A DNA stretch of 64,000 nt from an uncultured Alphaproteobacteria bacterium (lineage in GTDB: Bacteria; Pseudomonadota; Alphaproteobacteria; UBA8366), in contig CAVQDH010000002.1 in NCBI GenBank assembly GCA_963711215.1, forward strand, positions 1,110,134 to 1,174,133. The letters are read 5' to 3'. The position numbers and the translations under genes are program-made. The notes beneath the pieces were generated by a model, which had not been told where the DNA came from, made no database searches, and saw nothing but the letters and a program-made list of their open reading frames with translations. Of this stretch, positions 1 through 9,357 are shown one piece after another; the first letter of the stretch is position 1, and every line of letters begins with the position of its first letter.

Positions 1-114
1 GCTTGAATCCGAACGCGGGACGGCTGCCGGAAGCAGTCGTCACTTCGGGGTTCGCATTGGTCGTGACGTCCGTCATCGCGTCATTGCCGCTGGCCCGGTC
101 GAGATATCAGCACC

Positions 115-1449
115 TCAGATTTCGCCTGGCATCGGAACCGGGATGCCTTCCTGGGTGTATTGCTTCAGCTTGTTGCGCAAGGTGCGGATCGAAATGCCGA
201 GGATGTTCGCGGCGTGCGTCCGGTTGCCCAGGCAGTGATGCAGGGTCTCGATGATCAGGTCGCGCTCGACCTCGGCGACGGTCTTGCCCACCATGGGAGC
301 GCCATTCGCGCCGGCCGACGTGTCGGCGACGCCGGTCGCGGCGGGGGCGCCGCCCAGATTCAGCATGATGGCGTCGGTGTCGATCTCATCGCCCTGGGCA
401 AGCAGGATGGCGCGGTGGACGGCATTCTCCAGCTCGCGCACGTTGCCGCGCCAGCCATGGCTTTTCAGCCGGCTCGCCGCTTCCGGCGTGAACGGCCGTT
501 CGTCGACGCCGTTCGCCTTGGCGTATTTCTTGGAGAAAAATTCGGCCAGAATCATGATGTCGGCCGGCCGGCTGCGCAGCGGCGGGATCTCGACATTCAC
601 GACGTTGAGGCGGAAGTAGAGGTCTTCGCGGAATTCGCCGCTTTTCACCACCTCTTCGAAATTGCGGTTCGACGTGGCGAGGATGCGCACGTCGACCGGG
701 ATCGGCTGCGCGCCGCCGACGCGGTCGATCTCGCGTTCCTGAATCGCGCGGAGCAGCTTGGCCTGAAGGCGCGGATGCATCTCGCTGATTTCGTCGAGCA
801 GCAGGGTCCCGCCATTGGCTTCCTCGAACTTGCCGATACGGCGGGCGACCGCGCCGGTAAAGGAGCCTTTCTCATGTCCGAAAAGCTCCGATTCCAGAAG
901 GTTCTCCGGAATCGCGGCGCAGTTCACCGCGACGAATTGCCGGGACGCACGCCTGCTCTTGTTGTGGATGTAGCGCGCCATCAGCTCCTTGCCGGTCCCG
1001 GATTCGCCGGTGATCAGCACGGATGCTTCGGATGGCGCGATTTTGTCGGCCAGGCTGAGGACGGCCTTCATGGCCGGATCCTTGTGGACGATCGTGCTGC
1101 TTTCCTCGGACACCGCCTCGAGGACGGCGGCGATCAATTCGGCATCCGGCGGCAGCGGGATGTATTCCTTGGCGCCGGCCTTGATGCTGGCGACGGCGGC
1201 ATTGGCATCGGTGCCGATGCCGCAGGCGACGACCGGAATGCTGATGCGCTCGGAGGCGAGCTGCTCGACGAGATTCGCGATGTTCAGCTTGACGTCGATC
1301 ATCAGCAGCTCGGCGCCGCGGCCCGCCCGGAGCGCGGTGAGCGCTTCATCCACCGTGTTGACGTGGCTGACCTTCGCGCCGCGGGAAATGGCGATCTTGC
1401 CCGCGGTGGTGATATGTCCTTCCAAATCCCCTACGATCAAAAGTCTCAT
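115..1449 (-). CDS. flbD: Sigma-54-dependent flagellar transcriptional activator FlbD (receiver + AAA+ + Fis-type HTH)
   Basis: 444-aa ORF. Walker A GESGTGKE, sigma-54 contact loop GSFTGA, C-terminal HTH AANILGISIRTLRNKL. Last gene of the fliF-fliG-fliH-fliN-motA string. Confidence 0.9.
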   Translation of the reverse strand: MRLLIVGDLEGHITTAGKIAISRGAKVSHVNTVDEALTALRAGRGAELLMIDVKLNIANLVEQLASERISIPVVACGIGTDANAAVASIKAGAKEYIPLPPDAELIAAVLEAVSEESSTIVHKDPAMKAVLSLADKIAPSEASVLITGESGTGKELMARYIHNKSRRASRQFVAVNCAAIPENLLESELFGHEKGSFTGAVARRIGKFEEANGGTLLLDEISEMHPRLQAKLLRAIQEREIDRVGGAQPIPVDVRILATSNRNFEEVVKSGEFREDLYFRLNVVNVEIPPLRSRPADIMILAEFFSKKYAKANGVDERPFTPEAASRLKSHGWRGNVRELENAVHRAILLAQGDEIDTDAIMLNLGGAPAATGVADTSAGANGAPMVGKTVAEVERDLIIETLHHCLGNRTHAANILGISIRTLRNKLKQYTQEGIPVPMPGEI

Positions 1450-1513
1450 CGTTCCGATCCGTTCCCCATTCTTTCCTTGCCGTGCGTTCGCCGGGCCGCG
1501 GCCCGGCCAGCAG

Positions 1514-2287
1514 TCACTGGAAGTAGACGATCTTGTTCTCCGGCGGGAGCACCGTGTTGAGCAGCATCTCCAGCCGGCGCGGGTTTTCCTGACGCGCGAT
1601 CGACCCGGCCGCCATGACGTACATTTCGCTGACGAGCGCGTCCTCCATGGCGTTTCGCTCCAGCTTGGAGGCGAGCGGCGTGAAGACGAGATTGGCCAGA
1701 ATGGCGCCGTAGAAGGTGGTCAGCAGGGCAACCGCCATGCTTGGGCCGATTGTGGACGGGTCTTCGAGATTGCCGAGCATCTGAACCAGTCCCACCAAGG
1801 TGCCGATCAGGCCCATTGCGGGCGAAATCTCCGCGGCCTTGCGCAAGACGCTGACCGTGCGAACCTGGCGGTCGGTCATCGTCTCCAGCTCGCTGTGCAT
1901 AATTCGTTCCACTTCGGCGGAATCGCTGCCGTCCACCACCATCGTGACGCCGCGGTACAGCAGGCCGTTATTCATCAGGTCCGGAAGATAGTCCTGCAGC
2001 GCCAAATGGCCCTTGCGCCGCGCGACATCGGACAGCTGCATGAGATGACGCGCGATTTCGAGCGGCTCCTGCGCGGCGCGGAAGACGGTCTGGCCAATGA
2101 CACGAAACGCCACCAGCATGTCGTGGATCGAGAAGCAGGCGACGGTCACGCCGAAGGTGCCGCCGCCGACGATCAGGATGGACGGGAAGTCGAAGAAGGC
2201 GGCGGGCCGGCCGCCGAGCACGATCGCCGCGACGACCAGCAGGAGCGCCGCCGCAATGCCGATCACCGTCGCAATATCGAGCGACAT
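1514..2287 (-). CDS. motA: Flagellar stator protein MotA
   Basis: MotA/TolQ/ExbB-type C-terminal TM region (PSMAVALLTTFYGAILANLVFTPLASKLE). I chose the internal ATG at 2287 (MSLDIATVIG) with AGGACGG upstream, not the ORF-track start at 2356. Confidence 0.85.
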   Translation of the reverse strand: MSLDIATVIGIAAALLLVVAAIVLGGRPAAFFDFPSILIVGGGTFGVTVACFSIHDMLVAFRVIGQTVFRAAQEPLEIARHLMQLSDVARRKGHLALQDYLPDLMNNGLLYRGVTMVVDGSDSAEVERIMHSELETMTDRQVRTVSVLRKAAEISPAMGLIGTLVGLVQMLGNLEDPSTIGPSMAVALLTTFYGAILANLVFTPLASKLERNAMEDALVSEMYVMAAGSIARQENPRRLEMLLNTVLPPENKIVYFQ

Positions 2288-2393
2288 CGTCGGCGGCGGG
2301 GTCCGTCCTAAGCTGTGCGGGCGAAGCCGCCGCGCGCTTTCTGTGCCAAAGGCCATGACTATATGCTTGCCGTCTCGTTGTTGCCGGGAACCG

Positions 2394-2753
2394 TCAGCTG
2401 CTGCGGTCGGATTTGATGATCTCGGTCATCGTCACGCCCAGCTTGTCTTCCACCACGACCACCTCGCCGCGGGCGACGAGCCGGTTGTTGACATAAATAT
2501 CAATAGCTTCACCGACTTTGCGGTCGAGCTCGACGACCGCGCCGCGTCCCAGTTTCAGAAGCTGGTTCACCTGCATCGTCGCCTTGCCCAGAACGGCCGA
2601 CACCTGGACCGGGATGTCGTACACCGCTTCGAGGTCGCTGGCGCCGTGAGGGCGCCCGCCGTCGTCATCTGCGCTCATGCCGCCGTCATTTTCCGGCGCT
2701 GCGCCCGTCGCCGGGTCGAGCTCGTTGAGCTCCAGGTTTTCTTCCTCAGCCAT
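2394..2753 (-). CDS. fliN: Flagellar motor switch protein FliN
   Basis: 119 aa with SpoA/FliN core (VQVSAVLGKATMQVNQLLKLGRGAVVELDRKVGEAIDIYVNNRLVARGEVVVV). Its ATG directly abuts the fliH stop (TAGATG). Confidence 0.9.
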   Translation of the reverse strand: MAEEENLELNELDPATGAAPENDGGMSADDDGGRPHGASDLEAVYDIPVQVSAVLGKATMQVNQLLKLGRGAVVELDRKVGEAIDIYVNNRLVARGEVVVVEDKLGVTMTEIIKSDRSS

Positions 2754-3617
2754 CTATCGCTCCTCCAATGAATCGAGAGCCTTGACCGGCGCTTCCGCAC
2801 TCTCCGCGAGGGCAGGCGCCGCCGGCTGCCCTCCGTCGTCCGTAGCCCGATCGGCGGCTGGTGCGGTCTCGGCGCCCGCATCCTCCGCATCCGATCCTTG
2901 TTGATCTCCATCCGGCGTCTCGGGCTGGGATGTACCAGCGTCCTCGCCGGCCGGCGGCGGCGCTCCGAGGTAACCCTCGATCGCCGCATCGATCTGCCGC
3001 CAGATATCCTTCGCCCTTCGCTCGAGCCCGCCGCTCTGCCAGGAGACACGGCAATCGGACGGGCCCATGGCGTTGTCCGCCTCGACCATGAAGCGGCCGT
3101 CGAAGCCGCTGGCGGCGGCCGCGGCGGAGAGGTGGGCCGTAATGTTTGCGCTGTGCTCGGCGCTGACCCGGACGATGATCTTTGGCTGGTCGATCAGCGT
3201 GCGAAGGCATGTCGCGAGCAGCGCTTCGATCTCGTTGAGGCCATTTTGTTCCACCAAGGCCGGCAAAATTTTCCGAGCGATCACGGACACCAGGGCCGCG
3301 CCATCGTGCAACAGCCGGTCATTCGCCTCGGCCTGCGCGGTGGACAGGGCCGGCAGCTGGCCGGCGATGTCGGCGACCAGCCGCGCAACCGCCGCCTCGC
3401 TGCTCGACGCGGCTTCCTCGTTGCCCGCGAGCCGGCCCTCTCTGTAGCCCTGCTGCCGCGCCTCCTCCAGCTCCTGCGCGCTGAATGTCGGCTCCGGCGG
3501 CTTCTCGTCTTCCGGCTTCGCCTTCTTCGCGGGCCTTCGCGCCACGTCGAAGGACTGGTCGAAGAGAAACCGGCGCGCCTCTGCCTGTGGCTTGGCCATC
3601 TTGCTGCTGCTTCTCAC
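2754..3617 (-). CDS. fliH: Flagellar assembly protein FliH-like
   Basis: Lies between fliG and fliN. FliH-like helical N-part (EEARQQGYREGRLAG) and C-terminal domain, followed by an acidic/Pro tail. The start could instead be the ATG at 3599. Confidence 0.7.
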   Translation of the reverse strand: MRSSSKMAKPQAEARRFLFDQSFDVARRPAKKAKPEDEKPPEPTFSAQELEEARQQGYREGRLAGNEEAASSSEAAVARLVADIAGQLPALSTAQAEANDRLLHDGAALVSVIARKILPALVEQNGLNEIEALLATCLRTLIDQPKIIVRVSAEHSANITAHLSAAAAASGFDGRFMVEADNAMGPSDCRVSWQSGGLERRAKDIWRQIDAAIEGYLGAPPPAGEDAGTSQPETPDGDQQGSDAEDAGAETAPAADRATDDGGQPAAPALAESAEAPVKALDSLEER

Positions 3618-3650
3618 GGTTCCCGCTCGATCCTGCGTGCTCAGTTATCG

Positions 3651-4667
3651 TCAGTAGACAAGCTGGTCTTCGCCGTCGCCTTCGGCGATGGTGATCTCGC
3701 CCTTGGCGGCCAAGTCCTTGGCAACCGAGACCATTTCGACCTGCGCCTCCTCGACGTCGCGCAGGCGGACGGGGCCCATCGCCTCCATGTCCTCGCGCAG
3801 GATCTTGGCGGCGCGCTCGGACATGTTGCCGAAGAACAGGTCGCGGATCGTCTCGGACGCGCCCTTGAGCGCGATCGACATCTTGTCCTTGTCGACGGCG
3901 CGGAGCAGCGTCTGGATGCCGGCGGAATCGATCTTCGCCAGGTCCTCGAAGGTGAACATCAGCTGCTTGATCCGCTCCGCGGCGTCGCGGTTGCGGTCTT
4001 CCAGCATCTGGATGAAGCGATCCTCCGTCGACCGGTCGAGGTTGTTGAAAATCTCCGCCATCATCTCGTGCGCGTCACGGCCCTGCGACCGCGCCAGGTT
4101 GGACATGAACTCGTTACGCAAAGTGCGTTCCACATCGTCGATGACTTCCTTCTGGACGGCCTCCATGCGCAGCATGCGCATGATGACCTCCATGGCGAAG
4201 TTCTCCGGCAGGCTGGCGAGCACGCGCGACGCATGGTCGGGCTTGATCTTCGACAGGACGACCGCGACGGTCTGCGGGTACTCGTTCTTGAGGTAGTTCG
4301 CCAGGACGACTTCGTTGACGTTCGCCAGCTTGTCCCACATGGTGCGGCCGGCCGGGCCGCGGATTTCCTCCATGATCAGGGAAACGCGCTCTTCGCCCAG
4401 CACCTTGGTCAGCAGGCGCTCGGTGCTTTCGAATGTGCCGACGAGCGATCCGGTCGAGGAGATGCGCTCGCCAAACTCGCTGAACAGCCGTTCGACGAGA
4501 TTGGAGCTCACCGTCCCGAGCTGCGCCATGGTGGACGAGAGCTCGCGGATCTCTTCTTCATCCATGTATTCGAAAACGCGGCTGACATGCTCTTCGCCGA
4601 GCGACAGCAACAGGATGGCCGCCTTTTCGGTGCCGTTCAGGGAGCGGTAATCTTCACGTACGCGCAT
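3651..4667 (-). CDS. fliG: Flagellar motor switch protein FliG
   Basis: 338 aa, collinear with FliG ([15 protein letters not shown] ... MFTFEDL ... torque-helix region). Confidence 0.95.
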   Translation of the reverse strand: MRVREDYRSLNGTEKAAILLLSLGEEHVSRVFEYMDEEEIRELSSTMAQLGTVSSNLVERLFSEFGERISSTGSLVGTFESTERLLTKVLGEERVSLIMEEIRGPAGRTMWDKLANVNEVVLANYLKNEYPQTVAVVLSKIKPDHASRVLASLPENFAMEVIMRMLRMEAVQKEVIDDVERTLRNEFMSNLARSQGRDAHEMMAEIFNNLDRSTEDRFIQMLEDRNRDAAERIKQLMFTFEDLAKIDSAGIQTLLRAVDKDKMSIALKGASETIRDLFFGNMSERAAKILREDMEAMGPVRLRDVEEAQVEMVSVAKDLAAKGEITIAEGDGEDQLVY

Positions 4668-4676
4668 CGTTCAGTC

Positions 4677-6360
4677 CTACGTCTGATCCTGGTACATCCA
4701 GCTGCGAATGATCGATACGGCTTCCTCCGGATGCTTCTCGATGATGTCGCCGATCTTGCGTACCGCCGAGGCCTGAACCCGGCCCTCGACCTGGGCGATG
4801 TCGAGCATGGCTTCGAGGCCGCCGTCATCGGAAGGAACGAGCGCGCCACCGGCGCCGACCCGCGCGCCGCCGGGACCGGCAATCGCGCCGGCGATGCCGC
4901 GCTGGTTCGTCGAGGAGCGCCTGCTGGCCGTCGGCGCCGATGGCCGCCGCCGGGGCAAGCTGGCTCGGCACCGTCTCGAAGATCTTGGCGATGAGCGGCC
5001 GCACGACGAGCAGGATGATCAGGACGCCGACGACGGCGAGGATGAGGACTTCCACGATGCGCCGCAGATCCGCCGTCGAAAACCCGAGGAACAGCGGCTC
5101 GTCGACGCCGCCGACCATGCCCGGAACCTCGGCAAAGCGCATATTGACGACCTGGACGGTATCGCCCCGCTTGGCGTCGAACCCGACGGTGGATTTCACC
5201 AGCTTCTCGATGTTGGCGAGCTCTTCCTTGCTGCGCGGCTGGTAGGTGATCTTGCCGTTGGCGTCGGCCGCCACGTGGTCATTGACCAGGACCGCGACCG
5301 ACAGGCGCTTCAGGTTGCCGCCTTCGCGGATCTGCTTGCGGATCGTCTTCGAGATCTCGTAATTGACCGTTTCCTCGTTGCGGTTCGATGCCGACTGCGA
5401 TCCGCCCTCGTTGGCCGGCTTCGGCGGATTGGGAAGGTTCTGGCTCACGCTGACGGAGCCGGCGTCGGTATCCTTGCTTTGGTTGCCTTCGGTCACGGTC
5501 TGGGTCGATCGCGTGACCTGGCCGTCCGGGTCGTAGATCTCCTGGTTCGTCACGATCCGGTCGAAATCCATCTCGGCATTCACTTCGGTGCGCACGTTGC
5601 CGATGCCGACGCTGGGTTCGAGCAGCTCGTCCAGTGACCGCGTGAGGCGATCCTCGAGCGCCATCTTCTGTTGTTCGGCGTTCGCCGCCGCGAGGCTTTC
5701 CGGGCTGGAATCGCCGCCGCGGGCGAGCAGCGTGCCGCGATCGTCGAGGATCGAGATGTTTTCCGGCTTGAGGCCAGGCACCGCGGTGGCCACGAGGTGG
5801 CGGACACCATCCACCTGTCCACGGTCCAGGCGGTTGCTGCCGCGCATCTTCAGAACGATCGAGGCGCTCGCCTGCATCCGCTGCCGGCTGAACAGTTCGC
5901 GCTGCGGCAGCACCAGGTGGACGCGCGCCGCGCGGACCGACGAAATCGTCGCGATCGTCCGCGCCAGCTCGCCCTCGAGCGCGCGGACGCGATTGATGTT
6001 CTGGACGAAGCTCGACGTGCCGAGCGTCTGGTCACGGTCGAATATCTCGTAGCCGATCGACCCGTCCTGCGGCAGCCCTTGTTCGGAAAGCGCGATCCTG
6101 AGGCGGGCGACCTGGTCGGACGGGACCCGGATCTGCCGCTTGTTGCTGGTCATCTCATGCGGGATGCCCATGCTTTCAAGCTGCTGGTCGATCCGCGCGC
6201 TGTCCTCAGGGTTCAGGTTGTCGTATAGCAGAGCAAGCTCTGACGTGGACAATCGCGTCGCCAGGAAGACGAAGAAGACGATCAGGCCGATCGTCATCCC
6301 GGCCGCCGCGGCAAGACGCGCAACCCCCAGATTCCGGATTGTCTCAAGAAACGCGTTCAC
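4677..6360 (-). pseudogene. fliF: Flagellar M-ring protein FliF, reading frame broken once (possible sequencing artefact)
   Basis: ORF 4825-6360 carries the FliF N-terminus, ring domains and second TM. The conserved FliG-binding C-terminus (MLDIAQVEGRVQASAVRKIGDIIEKHPEEAVSIIRSWM) is in another frame (ORF 4677-4958). Total length is 3n+1. GTG start at 6360 preceded by AGAGGTGGG. Confidence 0.85.
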
Positions 6361-6526
6361 ACTGGCCCACCTCTAATGGAACGCTTCGCCGAAGCGCTCA
6401 TCTCCCCCGACACGCATGGCCTCTCCGAATCAACTGGCCGACCGTAGCGCCACCCCAGCGCGCAAATACGGACGGATTTCAGCAGCCTTTGCGACCATGT
6501 AGAAGATGAATCTAGACCAGTTCGGA

Positions 6527-6564
6527 GTAAAAAAGAAGATAAAACTCGGCAAAATTTGCCGAGT
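6527..6564 (-). terminator. Rho-independent terminator downstream of the SciP-like gene
   Basis: On the minus strand: ACTCGGCAAATTTTGCCGAGT hairpin followed by TTTATCTTCTTTTTT. Confidence 0.5.
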
Positions 6565-6752
6565 CCGAAAAATAGATTCAATTGAATCGGTTAGAATCGA
6601 TCTGCTATGGCTCAAATTGAAGAAATAGGGACTCTTTATAAACTAGATTCCCAGGGTATATCGGCAGTTTTCCTTGCCAAATACCCAAGGTTCTAAAAGA
6701 GTACCGCCCGAATCCTTACCGCCGTGATGCGGCGATGCGGGCAAGCCGACGG

Positions 6753-7079
6753 TCAGCTCGAACGCGATTCCATTCGCCCGTTCGCGCGGTATTCCTTGAG
6801 CCGCGTAACGCGCAGGCCGCGTATGCCGTGCCGCTCGATCAAGCGCTCCCAGGACGCGTACTCCTCGGCCGTCAGATTGTAACGGCGGAGCGCATCCTCG
6901 AGCGAAATCAGGCCGGCCTGGACGCCGAAGACCACTTGGGCCTTCCTGCGCACCACCCACCTGGTTGTATTTGGCGGAGGTAGATCGTTCAACGTCATCG
7001 CCCTTCCATCAGGGCCGACGACGGCGTGACTACCCATTTCCGCGGTTTCCCTCATTAAACCGACTTGCTGGCTGATCAT
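6753..7079 (-). CDS. sciP: DUF1153 / SciP-like small helix-turn-helix regulator (CtrA-inhibitor family)
   Basis: Motif string LPPPNTTRWVVRRKAQVV...GLISLEDALRRYNLTAEEYASWERLIERHGIRGLRVTRLKEYR matches my recollection of Caulobacter SciP. Lies next to fliF. The true start may be an internal Met (7055 or 7037). Confidence 0.7.
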   Translation of the reverse strand: MISQQVGLMRETAEMGSHAVVGPDGRAMTLNDLPPPNTTRWVVRRKAQVVFGVQAGLISLEDALRRYNLTAEEYASWERLIERHGIRGLRVTRLKEYRANGRMESRSS

Positions 7080-7207
7080 GTACGATTGGCCTTAGCTATA
7101 CGCGGCAATCTTTAACAAATGGCTAAGGCAGGGAGGCCGGCGCGGGAGCCGTTAGGAATTAAAAACAATATTAGTATCAGGTCTCTAACAGGGCCCCTTA
7201 AAGGCTT

Positions 7208-7230
7208 CGGCCCGGCTGGTGGCCGGGCCG
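7208..7230 (-). terminator. GC-rich stem-loop after flgE (candidate terminator)
   Basis: CGGCCCGGC-N5-GCCGGGCCG, a 9-bp stem about 60 nt past the flgE stop. The T-tract is weak. Confidence 0.3.
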
Positions 7231-7288
7231 AGGGGCGGAGCGGAAAGTGGCGGGAGCGGGGGCGTGGCGGGCTGCGCGGCCCGCGATA

Positions 7289-8581
7289 TTACCGGACGAT
7301 CTGCACGAGCTCGTTCAGCATGTCACTGGCGGTGGTGATTACCCTGGTATTGGCCGAAAAGGCCCGCTGGGTGATGATCATGCGGGTGAATTCGTCGGCG
7401 ATATCGACCGTGGACGACTCCAATGCGGACGGCGTGATCGTGCCGGCGCCGCCGGTCCCGGGGGAATGGGCGGTTGGGGTTCCCGAGAAAGTGGTCTCCT
7501 GGTAGACGTTGCCCGTCTTTTCGGCAAGGCCGTCGGGGTTGTTGAATGTGACCAGCGGCACCTGATAGACGTCGCGCGAAATGCCATTGTCGAACTGTAC
7601 GGTGACCGTGCCGTCGTCGGCGACCGTCACACCGGTCAGCGAGCCGAACTGGCGGCCGTCCTGATCGATAAAATTGGGCGTATTGGCGCCGGCGAAGTTG
7701 GTCATGCCATCGGCGGCGTTCAATGTGCCGAGGTTGAGCGTCACAGATACCTGATCGTTCGTCGTGGCGGTATTGCTGTCGTAGTCGCCGGTGAACACGA
7801 GGTCGTCGCCGTTGAGCGTGGTGATGCCGGCATTCGCCGCCACGGTGCCAAGTGTGCCGTCCGGATTGAAGGTGATGGTGCCGAGGGTGGCGGTCGCCGT
7901 GCCCGTGGCGCCGTCATCGAACAGCCCGTTGCCCATGTTGGCCGTGAGCGTCCATTCGCGAGGGTTCGCGGTCTTCGTGAAGGTCTCCGTCATGGTGTGC
8001 GACACGCCCTGCTGGTCGAAGACCTGCACCGCGAGGTCGTAGGTGTCGCCGGTGGCCGCTTCGGCGCTGAGGTTGGCGCCCATGCTGACATTCGATGTGG
8101 CCTCGGGCTGCGCTGTCAAATTGCCGACATTGACGACATTGAAGGCGCTGAGCACGTTTGTCTGCGCGACGACGCCGTTGGTGACCGGCCAGCCGGTCAG
8201 GTAGTAACCCGCCGTGTTGACGAGGTTGCCGTCCTTGTCGGGCTTGAAAGAGCCCGCGCGGGTGAAATAGGTGCTGCCGGAGCCGTTCGGATTGTCGGTG
8301 ACGACGAAGAATCCGCTGCCTGTGATCGCGATATCGGTCGTCGAGGTGGAGGCCTCGAGCAGCCCCTGCTGGTCGACGTTGCGCACGACGTTGCTTTGCA
8401 CGCCGCCGGGCGAGTGCGATGTCTTCGTCGATGAAACCGTCACCAGCGTGGAGAACTGAGAGGAGGTCCGCTTGTAGCCGACCGTGTTCACGTTGGAGAT
8501 GTTGTCGGCGATTATTCCGAGCGCCTGACTTTGCGCCGCGAGGCCTGTAACGGCCGATCGCATTCCACCGAAGATGCTCAT
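7289..8581 (-). CDS. flgE: Flagellar hook protein FlgE
   Basis: 430 aa. N-terminal rod/hook motif (GLAAQSQALGIIADNISNVNTVGYK) and C-terminal FTRMIITQRAFSANTRVITT. Confidence 0.95.
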   Translation of the reverse strand: MSIFGGMRSAVTGLAAQSQALGIIADNISNVNTVGYKRTSSQFSTLVTVSSTKTSHSPGGVQSNVVRNVDQQGLLEASTSTTDIAITGSGFFVVTDNPNGSGSTYFTRAGSFKPDKDGNLVNTAGYYLTGWPVTNGVVAQTNVLSAFNVVNVGNLTAQPEATSNVSMGANLSAEAATGDTYDLAVQVFDQQGVSHTMTETFTKTANPREWTLTANMGNGLFDDGATGTATATLGTITFNPDGTLGTVAANAGITTLNGDDLVFTGDYDSNTATTNDQVSVTLNLGTLNAADGMTNFAGANTPNFIDQDGRQFGSLTGVTVADDGTVTVQFDNGISRDVYQVPLVTFNNPDGLAEKTGNVYQETTFSGTPTAHSPGTGGAGTITPSALESSTVDIADEFTRMIITQRAFSANTRVITTASDMLNELVQIVR

Positions 8582-8652
8582 TGTTTGCTACCCTTTATCA
8601 TCAGGAACTCGGATCGCTTCTCGTTTTCCGATTATGGTGCTGTGCGTTTCGC

Positions 8653-9336
8653 TCAGCTTGATGTGTCGTTGACGACGCGGACGACGTCCGCCAGCGGAAC
8701 CTGCACGCCGTCGAGGTCGAGCGTGGCCACGCCCTTCTCGATGCCGACGCTGGTGACCGTGCCGACGGTCGTGTAGGTCGGCGTGACCTGGGCGTTGTTC
8801 GCGTCGACCGCCGTGACTTGGATGGTGTACTGGCCGTCGGCGACGGTCTTGCCCTGGCTGTCCTTGCCGTCCCAGACATAGTCATGGCGGCCGGCGGTGA
8901 TCTCCGCTTCCCCAACCGAGACGGGCTTGCCGTTTGCATCGTAGATGCCGACGACGGCTGCGGTCGCATCCGACGGCAGCGTATAGCTGAAGGTCGCCTG
9001 GCCGTCTTTCAGCGTGGCCGTCTGGCCGCTCACCTCCACCTGCTTGCCGATATAGGAGACCGCGCCGACCATGTTGCTGGTCTGCTGCAGCGAGATCAGG
9101 GATTCAAGGTTGCTGTTGGCCTGTATCTGCTGTTCGACGCTGGCAAACTGCACCAACTGATTGGTGAATTGCGTCGAGTCCATCGGCGACAGGGGATCCT
9201 GATACTGCAGCTGGGTGGTCAGCAGGGTCAGAAAGTTGTTGAGATTGGAAGATAGATCACTGAGCGACGACGCGCTGTTGCTGCCGGTTGCGCTGGAATT
9301 CGTCGCGGGTGGGGTGCTGTTGACTTGCATGATCAA
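8653..9336 (-). CDS. flgD: Flagellar hook capping/assembly protein FlgD
   Basis: FlgD motif FLTLLTTQLQYQDPLSPMDSTQFTNQLVQFASVEQ, followed by a FlgD Ig-like C-domain. Confidence 0.9.
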   Translation of the reverse strand: MIMQVNSTPPATNSSATGSNSASSLSDLSSNLNNFLTLLTTQLQYQDPLSPMDSTQFTNQLVQFASVEQQIQANSNLESLISLQQTSNMVGAVSYIGKQVEVSGQTATLKDGQATFSYTLPSDATAAVVGIYDANGKPVSVGEAEITAGRHDYVWDGKDSQGKTVADGQYTIQVTAVDANNAQVTPTYTTVGTVTSVGIEKGVATLDLDGVQVPLADVVRVVNDTSS

Positions 9337-9357
9337 GTCCGCAAAGCGGCTCCTTGT

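Noticed and set aside
1-76. Possible start of another minus-strand gene (ATG at 76: MTDVTTNANPEVTTASGSRPAFGFK...) downstream of flbD, which could be flhA by analogy with related loci.
   Set aside because: Only about 25 codons are visible, there is no clear RBS and no diagnostic motif. This cannot be supported from the window alone.
160-4994. Long plus-strand ORFs (160-1560, 989-2311, 2898-4994) lying antisense to flbD, motA, fliH, fliG and fliF.
   Set aside because: The translations are Arg/Ala/Gly/Pro-rich and low in complexity, which is typical of stop-free antisense frames in GC-rich DNA. The opposite strand encodes unmistakable flagellar proteins.
6382-6398. Palindrome CGCTTCG-C-CGAAGCG in the fliF leader, considered as a regulatory hairpin or operator.
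   Set aside because: The loop is too small for an RNA hairpin, no second copy exists in the window, and no known motif matches. The evidence is insufficient.
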